Shown here: positions 43,375 to 57,329 of the stretch, in pieces | Numbering within the stretch: position 1 is the stretch's first letter | Layout of the letters: every line of letters starts with the position of its first letter | DNA from: Eledone cirrhosa | Taxonomy: Eukaryota | Reading direction: 5' to 3' | DNA: 64,000 nucleotides | NCBI GenBank assembly: GCA_964016885.1 | Contig: OZ024741.1 | Coordinates: 396,118,001-396,182,000, forward strand | Translations under genes and position numbers: made by a program | Notes under the pieces: model-generated | The model's database searches: none | Seen by the model: only the letters and a program-made list of their open reading frames with translations | What the model was told of the DNA's origin: nothing

Positions 43375-46270
43375 TCAAAGTGAATCAATCAGTCACACCA
43401 CAAGGGTCAAAGTGTTTCAATAAGTCACACCACAAGGGTCAAATTCCTTCAATCAGTCACACCACAAGGGTCAAAGTGCATCAATCAGTCACACCACAAG
43501 AGTCAAAGTGCTTCAATCAGTCACACCACAAGGGTCAAATTCCTTCAATCAGTCACACCACAAGGGTCAAATTCCTTCAATCAGTCACACCACAAGGGTC
43601 AAATTGCATCAATCAGTCACACCACAAGGGTCAAAGTGTTTCAATCAGTCACACCACAAGGGTCAAAGTGCATCAATCAGCCACACCACAAGGGTCAAAG
43701 TGCATCAATCAGTCACACCACAAGAGTCAAAGTGCATCAATCAGTCACACCACAAGAGTCAAAGTGCATCAATCAGTGACACCACAAGGGTCAAAGTGCA
43801 TCAATCAGTCACACCACAAGGGTCAAAGTGCATCAATCAGTCACACCACAAGGGTCAAAGTGCATCAATCAGTCACACCACAAGAGTCAAAGTGCATCAA
43901 TCAGTCACACCACAAGAGTCAAAGTGCATCAATCAGTCATACCACAAGGGTCAAATTCCTTCAATCAGTCACACCACAAGGGTCAAAGTGCATCAATCAG
44001 TCACACCACAAGGGTCAAAGTGCATCAATCAGTCACACCACAAGAGTCAAATTGCTTCAATCAGTCACACCACAAGGGTCAAATTCCTTCAATCAGTCAC
44101 ACCACAAGAGTCAAAGTGCATCAATCAACCACACCACAAGGGTCAAAGTACATCAATCAGTCACACCACAAGGGTCAAAGTGCATCAATCAGTCACACCA
44201 CAAGGGTCAAAGTGCATCAATCAGTCACACCACAAGGGTCAAAGTGTTTCAATCAGTCACACCACAAGGGTCAAAGTGCATCAATCAGTCACACCACAAG
44301 GGTCAAAGTGCATCAATCAGTCACACCACAAGAGTCAAAGTGCATCAATCAGTCACACCACAAGGGTCAAAGTGCATCAATCAGTCACACCACAAGGGTC
44401 AAAGTGCATCAATCAGTCACACCACAAGAGTCAAAGTGCTTCAATCAGTCACACCACAAGGGTCAAATTCCTTCAATCAGTCACACCACAAGGGTCAAAG
44501 TGCATCAATCAGTCACACCACAAGGGTCAAAGTGCATCAATCAGTCACACCACAAGGGTCAAATTCCTTCAATCAGTCACACCACAAGGGTCAAAGTGCA
44601 TCAATCAGTCACACCACAAGGGTCAAAGTGCATCAATCAGTCACACCACAAGGGTCAAAGTGCATCAATCAGTCACACCACAAGGGTCAAAGTGTTTCAA
44701 TCAGTCACACCACAAGGGTCAAAGTGCATCAATCAGTCACACCACAAGGGTCAAAGTGCATCAATCAGTCACACCACAAGAGTCAAAGTGCATCAATCAG
44801 TCACACCACAAGGGTCAAAGTGCATCAATCAGTCACACCACAAGGGTCAAAGTGCATCAATCAGTCACACCACAAGAGTCAAAGTGCATCAATCAGTCAC
44901 ACCACAAGGGTCAAATTCCTTCAATCAGTCACACCACAAGGGTCAAAGTGCATCAATCAGTCACACCACAAGAGTCAAAGTGCATCAATCAGTCACACAA
45001 CAAGGGTCAAAGTGCATCAATCAGCCACACCACAAGGGTCAAAGTGCATCAATCAGTCACACCACAAGGGTCAAAGTGCATCAATTAGTCACACCACAAG
45101 AGTCAAAGTGCATCAATCAGTCACACCACAAGGGTCAAAGTGCATCAATCAGTCACACCACAAGGGTCAAAGTGCATCAATCAGTCACACCACAAGGGTC
45201 AAAGTGCATCAATCAGTCACACCACAAGGGTCAAAGTGCATCAATCAGTCACACCACAAGGGTCAAAGTGCATCAATCAGTCACACCACAAGGGTCAAAT
45301 TCCTTCATTCAGTCACACCACAAGGGTCAAAGTGCATCAATCAGTCACAACACAAGTGTCAAAGTGCATCAATCAGACACACCACAAGGGTCAAAGTGCA
45401 TCAATCAGTCACACCACAAGGGTCAAAGTGCATCACAGTCACACCACATGGGTCAAAGTGCATCAATCAGTCACACCACAAGGGTCAAAGTGCATCAATC
45501 AGTCACACCACAAGAGTCAAAGTGCATCAATCAGCCACACCAAAAGGGTCAAAGTGCATCAATCAGTCACACCACAAGGGTCAAAGTGCATCAATCAGTC
45601 AGACCACAAGGGTCAAAGTGGATCAATCAGTCACACCACAAGGGTCAAAGTGCATCAATCAGTCACACCACAAGGGTCAAAGTGCATCAATCAGTCACAC
45701 CACAAGAGTCAAAGTGCATCAATCAGTCACACCACAAGAGTCAAAGTGCATCAATCAGTCACACCACAAGGGTCAAATTCCTTCAATCAGTCACACCACA
45801 AGGGTCAAAGTGCATCAATCAGTCACACCACAAGAGTTAAAGTGCATCAATCAGTCACACCACAAGGGTCAAAGTGCATCAATCAGTCACACCACTAGGG
45901 TCAAAGTGCATCAATCAGTCACACCACAAGGGTCAAAGTGCATCAATCAGTCACACCACAAGGGTCAAAGTGAATCAATCAGTCACACCACAAGGGTCAA
46001 AGTGTTTCAATAAGTCACACCACAAGGGTCAAATTCCTTCAATCAGTCACACCACAAGGGTCAAAGTGCATCAATCAGTCACACCACAAGAGTCAAAGTG
46101 CTTCAATCAGTCACACCACAAGGGTCAAATTCCTTCAATCAGTCACACCACAAGGGTCAAATTCCTTCAATCAGTCACACCACAAGGGTCAAATTGCATC
46201 AATCAGTCACACCACAAGGGTCAAAGTGTTTCAATCAGTCACACCACAAGGGTCAAAGTGCATCAATCAG
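43375..46270 (+). repeat. Non-adjacent copy of 26433-29328 (+16942 = 530x32-18)
   Basis: ORFs pair as 26566..28146/43508..45088, 26886..28898/43828..45840 and 28198..28956/45140..45898. The -18 equals the sum of the deletions lying between the two copies. Confidence 0.88.
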
Positions 46271-47589
46271 CCACACCACAAGGGTCAAAGTGCATCAATC
46301 AGTCACACCACAAGAGTCAAAGTGCATCAATCAGTCAGACCACAAGAGTCAAAGTGCATCAATCAGTGACACCACAAGGGTCAAAGTGCATCAATCAGTG
46401 ACACCACAAGGGTCAAAGTGCATCAATCAGTCACACCACAAGGGTCAAAGTGCATCAATCAGTCACACCACTAGAGTCAAAGTGCATCAATCAGTCACAC
46501 CACAAGAGTCAAAGTGCATCAATCAGTCATACCACAAGGGTCAAATTCCTTCAATCACTCACACCACAAGGGTCAAAGTGCATCAATCAGTCACACCACA
46601 AGGGTCAAAGTGCATCAATCAGTCACACCACAAGAGTCAAATTGCTTCAATCAGTCACACCACAAGGGTCAAATTCCTTCAATCAGTCACACCACAAGGG
46701 TCAAAGTGCATCAATCAACCACACCACAAGGGTCAAAGTACATCAATCAGTCACACCACAAGGGTCAAAGTGCATCAATCAGTCACACCACAAGGGTCAA
46801 AGTGCATCAATCAGTCACACCACAAGGGTCAAAGTGTTTCAATCAGTCACACCACAAGGGTCAAAGTGCATCAATCAGTCACACCACAAGGGTCAAAGTG
46901 CATCAATCAGTCACACCAGAAGAGTCAAAGTGCATCAATCAGTCACACCACAAGGGTCAAAGTGCATCAATCAGTCACACCACAAGGGTCAAAGTGCATC
47001 AATCAGTCACACCACAAGAGTCAAAGTGCATCAATCAGTCACACCACAAGGGTTAAAGTGATTCAATCAGTCACACCACAAGGGTCAAATTCCTTCAATC
47101 AGTCACACCACAAGGGTCAAAGTGCATCAATCAGTCACACCACAAGGGTCAAAGTGCATCAATCAGTCACACCACAAGGGTCAAATTCCTTCAATCAGTC
47201 ACACCACAAGGGTCAAAGTGTTTCAATCAGTCACACCACAAGGGTCAAAGTGCATCAATCAGTCACACCACAAGGGTCAAAGTCCATCAATCAGTCACAC
47301 CACAAGAGTCAAAGTGTATCAATCAGTCACACCACAAGGGTCAAAGTGCATCAATCAGTCACACCACAAGGGTCAAAGTGCATCAATCAGTCACACCACA
47401 AGAGTCAAAGTGCATCAATCAGTCACACCACAAGGGTCAAATTCCTTCAATCAGTCACACCACAAGCGTCAAAGTGCATCAATCAGTCACACCACAAGAG
47501 TCAAAGTGCATCAATCAGTCACACAACAAGGGTCAAAGTGCATCAATCAGCCACACCACAAGGGTCAATGTGCATCAATCAGTCACACC

Positions 47590-50500
47590 ACAAGGGTCAA
47601 AGTGCATCAATTAGTCACACCACAAGAGTCAAAGTGCATCAATCAGTCACACCACAAGGGTCAAAGTGCATCAATCAGTCACACCACAAGTGTCAAAGTG
47701 CATCAATCAGACACACCACAAGGGTCAAAGTGCATCAATCAGTCACACCACAAGGGTCAAAGTGCATCACAGTCACACCACATGGGTCAAAGTGCATCAA
47801 TCAGTCACACCACAAGGGTCAAAGTGCATCAATTAGTCACACCACAAGAGTCAAATTCCTTCATTCAGTCACACCACAAGGGTCAAAGTGCATCAATCAG
47901 TCACACCACAAGTGTCAAAGTGCATCAATCAGACACACCACAAGGGTCAAAGTGCATCAATCATCACACCACAAGGGTCAAAGTGCATCACAGTCACACC
48001 ACATGGGTCAAAGTGCATCAATCAGTCACACCACAAGGGTCAAAGTGCGTCAATCAGTCACACCACAAGAGTCAAAGTGCATCAATCAGCCACACCACAA
48101 GGGTCAAAGTGCATCAATCAGTCACACCACAAGGGTCAAAGTGCATCAATCAGTCAGACCACAAGGGTCAAAGTGGATCAATCAGTCACACCACAAGGGT
48201 CAAAGTGCATCAATCAGTCACACCACAAGGGTCAAAGTGCATCAATCAGTCACACCACAAGAGTCAAAGTGCATCAATCAGTCACACCACAAGAGTCAAA
48301 GTGCATCAATCAGTCACACCACAAGGGTCAAATTCCTTCAATCAGTCACACCACAAGGGTCAAAGTGCATCAATCAGTCACACCACAAGAGTTAAAGTGC
48401 ATCAATCAGTCACACCACAAGGGTCAAAGTGCATCAATCAGTCACACCACTAGGGTCAAAGTGCATCAATCAGTCACACCACAAGAGTCAAAGTGCATCA
48501 ATCAGTCACACCACAAGGGTCAAAGTGCATCAACCAGTCACACCACAAGAGTTAAAGTGCATCAATCAGTCACACCACAAGGGTCAAAGTGCATCAATCA
48601 GTCACACCACAAGGGTCAAAGTGCATCAATCAGTCACACCACAAGGGTCAAAGTGCTTCAATCAGTCACACCACAAGGGTCAAAGTGCATCAATCAGTCA
48701 CACTACAAGAGTCAAAGTGCATCAATCAGCCACACCACAAGGGTCAAAGTGCATCAATCAGTCACACCACAAGGGTCAAAGTGCATCAATCAGCCACACC
48801 ACAAGGGTCAAAGTGCATCAATCAGTCACACCACAAGGGTCAAAGTGCATCAATCAGTCACACCACAAGAGTCAAAGTGCATCAATCAGTCACACCACAA
48901 GGGTCAAAGTGCATCAACCAGTCACACCACAAGAGTTAAAGTGCATCAATCAGTCACACCACAAGGGTCAAAGTGCATCAATCAGTCACACCACAAGGGT
49001 CAAAGTGCATCAATCAGTCACACCACAAGGGTCAAAGTGCTTCAATCAGTCACACCACAAGGGTCAAAGTGCATCAATCAGTAACACCACAAGAGTCAAA
49101 GAGCATCAATCAGTCACACCACAAGGGTCAACGTGCATCAATCAGTCACACCACAAGGGTCAAAGTGCATCAATCAGTCACACCACAAGGGTCAAAGTGC
49201 ATCAATCAGTCACACCTCAAGGGTCAAAGTGCATCAATCAGCCACACCACAAGGGTCAAAGTGCATCAATCAGTCACACCACAAGAGTCAAAGTGCATCA
49301 ATCAGCCACACCACAAGAGTCAAAGTGCATCAATCAGTGACACCACAAGGGTCAAAGTGCATCGATCAGTCACACCACAAGAGTCAAAGTGCATCAATCA
49401 GTTACACCACAAGAGTCAAAGTGCATCAATCAGTCACACCACAAGGGTCAAAGTGCATCAATCAACCACACCACAAGGGTCAAAGTGCATCAATCAGTCA
49501 CACCACAAGGGTCAAAGTGCATCAATCAGTCACACCACAAGGGTCAAAGTGCATCAATCAGTCACACCACAAGGGTCAAAGTGCATCAATCAGTCACACC
49601 ACAAGAGTTAAAGTGCATCAATCAGTCACACCACAAGGGTCAAAGTGCATCAATCAGTCACACCACAAGGGTCAAAGTGCATCAATCAGTCACACCACAA
49701 GGGTCAAAGTGCTTCAATCAGTCACACCACAAGGGTGAAAGGACATCAATTGGTCACACCACAAAAGTCAAAGTGCATCAATCAGTCACACCACAAGAGT
49801 CAAAGTGCATCAATCAGTCACACCACAAGGGTCAAAGTGCATCAATCAGTCACACCACAAGGGTCAAAGTGCATCAATCAGCCACACCACAAGGGTCAAA
49901 GTGCATCAATCAGTCACACCACAAGAATCAAAGTGCATCAATCAGCCACACCACAAGAGTCAAAGTGCATCAATCAGTTACACCACAAGAGTCAAAGTGC
50001 ATCAATCAGTTACACCACAAGAGTCAAAGTGCATCAATCAGTCACACCACAAGGGTGAAAGTGCATCAATCAGTTACACCACAAGAGTCAATGTGCATCA
50101 ATCAGTTACACCACAAGAGTCAAAGTGCATCAATCAGACACACCACAAGGGTCAAAGTGCATCAATCAGTTACACCACAAGAGTCAAAGTGCATCAATCA
50201 GTTACACCACAAGAGTCAAAGTGCATCAATCAGTCACACCACAAGAGTCAAAGTGCATCAATCAGTCACACCACAAGGGTCAAAGTGCATCAATCAGTCA
50301 CACCACAAGGGTCAAAGTGCATCAATCAGTCACACCACAAGAGTCAAAATGCATCAATCAGTCACACCACAAGGGTCAAAGTGCATCAATCAGTCACACC
50401 ACAAGGGTCAAAGTGCATCAATCAGTCACAACACATGGGTCAAAGTGCATCAATCAGTCACACCACAAGAGTCAAAGTGCATCAATCAGTCACACCACAA

Positions 50501-53250
50501 GGGTCAGATTCCTTCAATCAGTCACACCACAAGAGTCAAAGTGCATCAATCAGTCACACCACAAGGGTCAAAGTGCATCAATCAGTCACACCACAAGGGT
50601 CAAAGTGTTTCAATCAGTCACACCACAAGGGTCAAAGTGCATCAATCAGTCACACCACAAGGGTCAAAGTATTTCAATCAGTCACACCACAAGGGTCAAA
50701 GTGCATCAATCAGTCACACCACAAGAGTGAAAGTGCATCAATCAGTCACACCACAAGGGTCAAAGTGCATCAATCAGTCATACCACAAGGGTCAAATTCC
50801 TTCAATCAGTCACACCACAAGGGTCAAATTCCTTCAATCAGTCACACCACAAGGGTCAAATTGCATCAATCAGTCACACCACAAGGGTCAAAGTGTTTCA
50901 ATCAGTCACACCACAAGGGTCAAAGTGCATCAATCAGTCACACCACAAGGGTCAAAGTGTTTCAATCAGTCACACCACAAGGGTCAAAGTGAATCAATCA
51001 GTCACACCACAAGGGTCAAAGTGTTTCAATAAGTCACACCACAAGGGTCAAATTCCTTCAATCAGTCACACCACAAGGGTCAAAGTGCATCAATCAGTCA
51101 CACCACAAGAGTCAAAGTGCTTCAATCAGTCACACCACAAGGGTCAAATTCCTTCAATCAGTCACACCACAAGGGTCAAAGTGCATCAATCAGTCACACC
51201 ACAAGGGGCAAAGTGCATCAATCAGCCACACCACAAGGGTCAAAGTGCATCAATCAGTCACACCACAAGAGTCAAAGTGCATCAATCAGTCACACCACAA
51301 GAGTCAAAGTGCATCAATCAGTGACACCACAAGGGTCAAAGTGCATCAATCAGTCACACCACAAGGGTCAAAGTGCATCAATCAGTCACACCACAAGGGT
51401 CAAAGTGCATCAATCAGTCACACCACAAGAGTAAAAGTGCATCAATCAGTCACACCACAAGAGTCAAAGTGCATCAATCAGTCATACCACAAGGGTCAAA
51501 TTCCTTCAATCAGTCACACCACAAGGGTCAAAGTGCATCAATCAGTCACACCACAAGGGTCAAAGTGCATCAATCAGTCACACCACAAGAGTCAAATTGC
51601 TTCAATCAGTCACACCACAAGGGTCAAATTCCTTTAATCAGTCACACCACAAGGGTCAAAGTGCATCAATCAGTCACACCACAAGGGTCAAAGTGATCAA
51701 TCAGTCACACCACAAGGGTCAAATTCCTTCAATCAGTCACACCACAAGGGTCAAAGTGCATCAATCAGTCACACCACAAGGGTCAAACTGCATCAATCAG
51801 TCACACCACAAGGGTCAAAGTGCATCAATCAGTCACACCACAAGGGTCAAAGTGCATCAATCAGTCACACCACAAGGGTCAAAGTGTTTCAATCAGTCAC
51901 ACCACAAGGGTCAAAGTGCATCAATCAGTCACACCACAAGGGTCAAAGTGCATCAATCAGTCACACCACAAGGGTCAAAGTGCATCAATCAGTCACACCA
52001 CAAGGGTCAAAGTGCATCAATCAGTCACACCACAAGAGTCAAAGTGCATCAATCAGTCACACCACAAGGGTCAAATTCCTTCAATCAGTCACACCACAAT
52101 AGTCAAAGTGCATCAATCAGTCACACCACAAGGGTCAAAGTGCATCAATCAGTTACACCACAAGGGTCAAAGTGCATCAATCAGTCACACCACAAGGGTC
52201 AAATTCCTTCAATCAGTCACACCACAAGGGTCAAAGTGCATCAGTCAGTCACACCGCAAGAGTCAAAGTGCATCAATCAGTCACACAACAAGGGTCAAAG
52301 TGCATCAATCAGCCACACCACAAGGGTCAAAGTGCATCAATCAGTCACACCACAAGGGTCAAAGTGCATCAATCAGTCACACCACAAGAGTCAAAGTGCA
52401 TCATTCAGTCACACCACAAGGGTCAAAGTGCATCAATCAGTCACACCACAAGGGTCAAAGTGCATCAATCAGTCACACCACAAGGGTCAAAGTGCATCAA
52501 TCAGTCACACCACAAGGGTCAAAGTGCATCAATCAGTCACACCACAAGGGTCAAAGTGCATCAATCAGTCACACCACAAGGGTCAAATTCCTTCATTCAG
52601 TCACACCACAAGGGTCAAAGTGCATCAATCAGTCACACCACAAGTGTCAAAGTGCATCAATCAGACACACCACAAGGGTCAAAGTGCATCAATCAGTCAC
52701 ACCACAAGGGTCAAAGTGCATCACAGTCACACCACATGGGTCAAAGTGCATCAATCAGTCACACCAAAAGGGTCAAAGTGCATCAATCAGTCACACCACA
52801 AGAGTCAAAGTGCATCAATCAGCCACACCACAAGGGTCAAAGTGCATCAATCAGTCACACCACAAGGGTCAAAGTGCATCAATCAGTCAGACCACAAGGG
52901 TCAAAGTGGATCAGTCAGTCACACCACAAGGGTCAAAGTGCATCAATCAGTCACACCACAAGGGTCAAAGTGCATCAATCAGTCACACCACAAGAGTCAA
53001 AGTGCATCAATCAGTCACACCACAAGAGTCAAAGTGCATCAATCAGTCACACCACAAGGGTCAAATTCCTTCAATCAGTCACACCACAAGGGTCAAAGTG
53101 CATCAATCAGTCACACCATAAGAGTTAAAATGCATCAATCAGTCACACCACAAGGGTCAAAGTGCATCAATCAGTCACACCTAGGGTCAAAGTGCATCAA
53201 TCAGTCACACCACAAGGGTCAAAGTGCATCAATCAGTCACACCACAAGGG
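47590..53250 (+). repeat. Non-adjacent copy of ~34350-40240 (+13236, then +13012 after loss of 7 monomers)
   Basis: ORFs pair as 34652..35848/47888..49084 and 35193..36104/48429..49340, then 36793..37980/49805..50992 and 38808..40109/51820..53121. Both copies carry the adjacent -1 and -2 deletion monomers (~34727+34753 and ~47963+47990). Confidence 0.88.
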
Positions 53251-56200
53251 TCAAAGTGCATCAATCAGTCACACCTCAAGGGTCAAAGTGCATCAATCAG
53301 CCACACCACAAGGGTCAAAGTGCATCAATCAGTCACACCACAAGAGTCAAAGTGCATCAATCAGCCACACCACAAGAGTCAAAGTGCATCAATCAGTGAC
53401 ACCACAAGGGTCAAAGTGCATCGATCAGTCACACCACAAGAGTCAAAGTGCATCAATCAGTTACACCACAAGAGTCAAAGTGCATCAATCAGTCACACCA
53501 CAAGGGTCAAAGTGCATCAATCAACCACACCACAAGGGTCAAAGTGCATCAATCAGTCACACCACAAGGGTCAAAGTGCATCAATCAGTCACACCACAAG
53601 GGTCAAAGTGCATCAATCAGTCACACCACAAGGGTCAAAGTGCATCAATCAGTCACACCACAAGAGTTAAAGTGCATCAATCAGTCACACCACAAGGGTC
53701 AAAGTGCATCAATCAGTCACACCACAAGGGTCAAAGTGCATCAATCAGTCACACCACAAGGGTCAAAGTGCTTCAATCAGTCACACCACAAGGGTGAAAG
53801 GACATCAATTGGTCACACCACAAAAGTCAAAGTGCATCAATCAGTCACACCACAAGAGTCAAAGTGCATCAATCAGTCACACCACAAGGGTCAAAGTGCA
53901 TCAATCAGTCACACCACAAGGGTCAAAGTGCATCAATCAGCCACACCACAAGGGTCAAAGTGCATCAATCAGTCACACCACAAGAATCAAAGTGCATCAA
54001 TCAGCCACACCACAAGAGTCAAAGTGCATCAATCAGTTACACCACAAGAGTCAAAGTGCATCAATCAGTTACACCACAAGAGTCAAAGTGCATCAATCAG
54101 TCACACCACAAGGGTGAAAGTGCATCAATCAGTTACACCACAAGAGTCAATGTGCATCAATCAGTTACACCACAAGAGTCAAAGTGCATCAATCAGACAC
54201 ACCACAAGGGTCAAAGTGCATCAATCAGTTACACCACAAGAGTCAAAGTGCATCAATCAGTTACACCACAAGAGTCAAAGTGCATCAATCAGTCACACCA
54301 CAAGAGTCAAAGTGCATCAATCAGTCACACCACAAGGGTCAAAGTGCATCAATCAGTCACACCACAAGGGTCAAAGTGCATCAATCAGTCACACCACAAG
54401 AGTCAAAATGCATCAATCAGTCACACCACAAGGGTCAAAGTGCATCAATCAGTCACACCACAAGGGTCAAAGTGCATCAATCAGTCACAACACATGGGTC
54501 AAAGTGCATCAATCAGTCACACCACAAGAGTCAAAGTGCATCAATCAGTCACACCACAAGGGTCAGATTCCTTCAATCAGTCACACCACAAGAGTCAAAG
54601 TGCATCAATCAGTCACACCACAAGGGTCAAAGTGCATCAATCAGTCACACCACAAGGGTCAAAGTGTTTCAATCAGTCACACCACAAGGGTCAAAGTGCA
54701 TCAATCAGTCACACCACAAGGGTCAAAGTATTTCAATCAGTCACACCACAAGGGTCAAAGTGCATCAATCAGTCACACCACAAGAGTGAAAGTGCATCAA
54801 TCAGTCACACCACAAGGGTCAAAGTGCATCAATCAGTCATACCACAAGGGTCAAATTCCTTCAATCAGTCACACCACAAGGGTCAAATTCCTTCAATCAG
54901 TCACACCACAAGGGTCAAATTGCATCAATCAGTCACACCACAAGGGTCAAAGTGTTTCAATCAGTCACACCACAAGGGTCAAAGTGCATCAATCAGTCAC
55001 ACCACAAGGGTCAAAGTGTTTCAATCAGTCACACCACAAGGGTCAAAGTGAATCAATCAGTCACACCACAAGGGTCAAAGTGTTTCAATAAGTCACACCA
55101 CAAGGGTCAAATTCCTTCAATCAGTCACACCACAAGGGTCAAAGTGCATCAATCAGTCACACCACAAGAGTCAAAGTGCTTCAATCAGTCACACCACAAG
55201 GGTCAAATTCCTTCAATCAGTCACACCACAAGGGTCAAAGTGCATCAATCAGTCACACCACAAGGGGCAAAGTGCATCAATCAGCCACACCACAAGGGTC
55301 AAAGTGCATCAATCAGTCACACCACAAGAGTCAAAGTGCATCAATCAGTCACACCACAAGAGTCAAAGTGCATCAATCAGTGACACCACAAGGGTCAAAG
55401 TGCATCAATCAGTCACACCACAAGGGTCAAAGTGCATCAATCAGTCACACCACAAGGGTCAAAGTGCATCAATCAGTCACACCACAAGAGTAAAAGTGCA
55501 TCAATCAGTCACACCACAAGAGTCAAAGTGCATCAATCAGTCATACCACAAGGGTCAAATTCCTTCAATCAGTCACACCACAAGGGTCAAAGTGCATCAA
55601 TCAGTCACACCACAAGGGTCAAAGTGCATCAATCAGTCACACCACAAGAGTCAAATTGCTTCAATCAGTCACACCACAAGGGTCAAATTCCTTTAATCAG
55701 TCACACCACAAGGGTCAAAGTGCATCAATCAGTCACACCACAAGGGTCAAAGTGATCAATCAGTCACACCACAAGGGTCAAATTCCTTCAATCAGTCACA
55801 CCACAAGGGTCAAAGTGCATCAATCAGTCACACCACAAGGGTCAAACTGCATCAATCAGTCACACCACAAGGGTCAAAGTGCATCAATCAGTCACACCAC
55901 AAGGGTCAAAGTGCATCAATCAGTCACACCACAAGGGTCAAAGTGTTTCAATCAGTCACACCACAAGGGTCAAAGTGCATCAATCAGTCACACCACAAGG
56001 GTCAAAGTGCATCAATCAGTCACACCACAAGGGTCAAAGTGCATCAATCAGTCACACCACAAGGGTCAAAGTGCATCAATCAGTCACACCACAAGAGTCA
56101 AAGTGCATCAATCAGTCACACCACAAGGGTCAAATTCCTTCAATCAGTCACACCACAATAGTCAAAGTGCATCAATCAGTCACACCACAAGGGTCAAAGT

Positions 56201-57329
56201 GCATCAATCAGTTACACCACAAGGGTCAAAGTGCATCAATCAGTCACACCACAAGGGTCAAATTCCTTCAATCAGTCACACCACAAGGGTCAAAGTGCAT
56301 CAGTCAGTCACACCGCAAGAGTCAAAGTGCATCAATCAGTCACACAACAAGGGTCAAAGTGCATCAATCAGCCACACCACAAGGGTCAAAGTGCATCAAT
56401 CAGTCACACCACAAGGGTCAAAGTGCATCAATCAGTCACACCACAAGAGTCAAAGTGCATCATTCAGTCACACCACAAGGGTCAAAGTGCATCAATCAGT
56501 CACACCACAAGGGTCAAAGTGCATCAATCAGTCACACCACAAGGGTCAAAGTGCATCAATCAGTCACACCACAAGGGTCAAAGTGCATCAATCAGTCACA
56601 CCACAAGGGTCAAAGTGCATCAATCAGTCACACCACAAGGGTCAAATTCCTTCATTCAGTCACACCACAAGGGTCAAAGTGCATCAATCAGTCACACCAC
56701 AAGTGTCAAAGTGCATCAATCAGACACACCACAAGGGTCAAAGTGCATCAATCAGTCACACCACAAGGGTCAAAGTGCATCACAGTCACACCACATGGGT
56801 CAAAGTGCATCAATCAGTCACACCAAAAGGGTCAAAGTGCATCAATCAGTCACACCACAAGAGTCAAAGTGCATCAATCAGCCACACCACAAGGGTCAAA
56901 GTGCATCAATCAGTCACACCACAAGGGTCAAAGTGCATCAATCAGTCAGACCACAAGGGTCAAAGTGGATCAGTCAGTCACACCACAAGGGTCAAAGTGC
57001 ATCAATCAGTCACACCACAAGGGTCAAAGTGCATCAATCAGTCACACCACAAGAGTCAAAGTGCATCAATCAGTCACACCACAAGAGTCAAAGTGCATCA
57101 ATCAGTCACACCACAAGGGTCAAATTCCTTCAATCAGTCACACCACAAGGGTCAAAGTGCATCAATCAGTCACACCATAAGAGTTAAAATGCATCAATCA
57201 GTCACACCACAAGGGTCAAAGTGCATCAATCAGTCACACCTAGGGTCAAAGTGCATCAATCAGTCACACCACAAGGGTCAAAGTGCATCAATCAGTCACA
57301 CCACAAGGGTCAAAGTGCATCAATCAGTC
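49135..57329 (+). repeat. Apparently identical tandem duplication, 127-monomer unit (4059 bp = 127x32-5)
   Basis: ORFs 49389..51032/53448..55091, 51820..53121/55879..57180 and 52172..53128/56231..57187 match. The variants CACAACACATGGG and GAGTAAAAG were seen only in these two copies. Confidence 0.92.
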
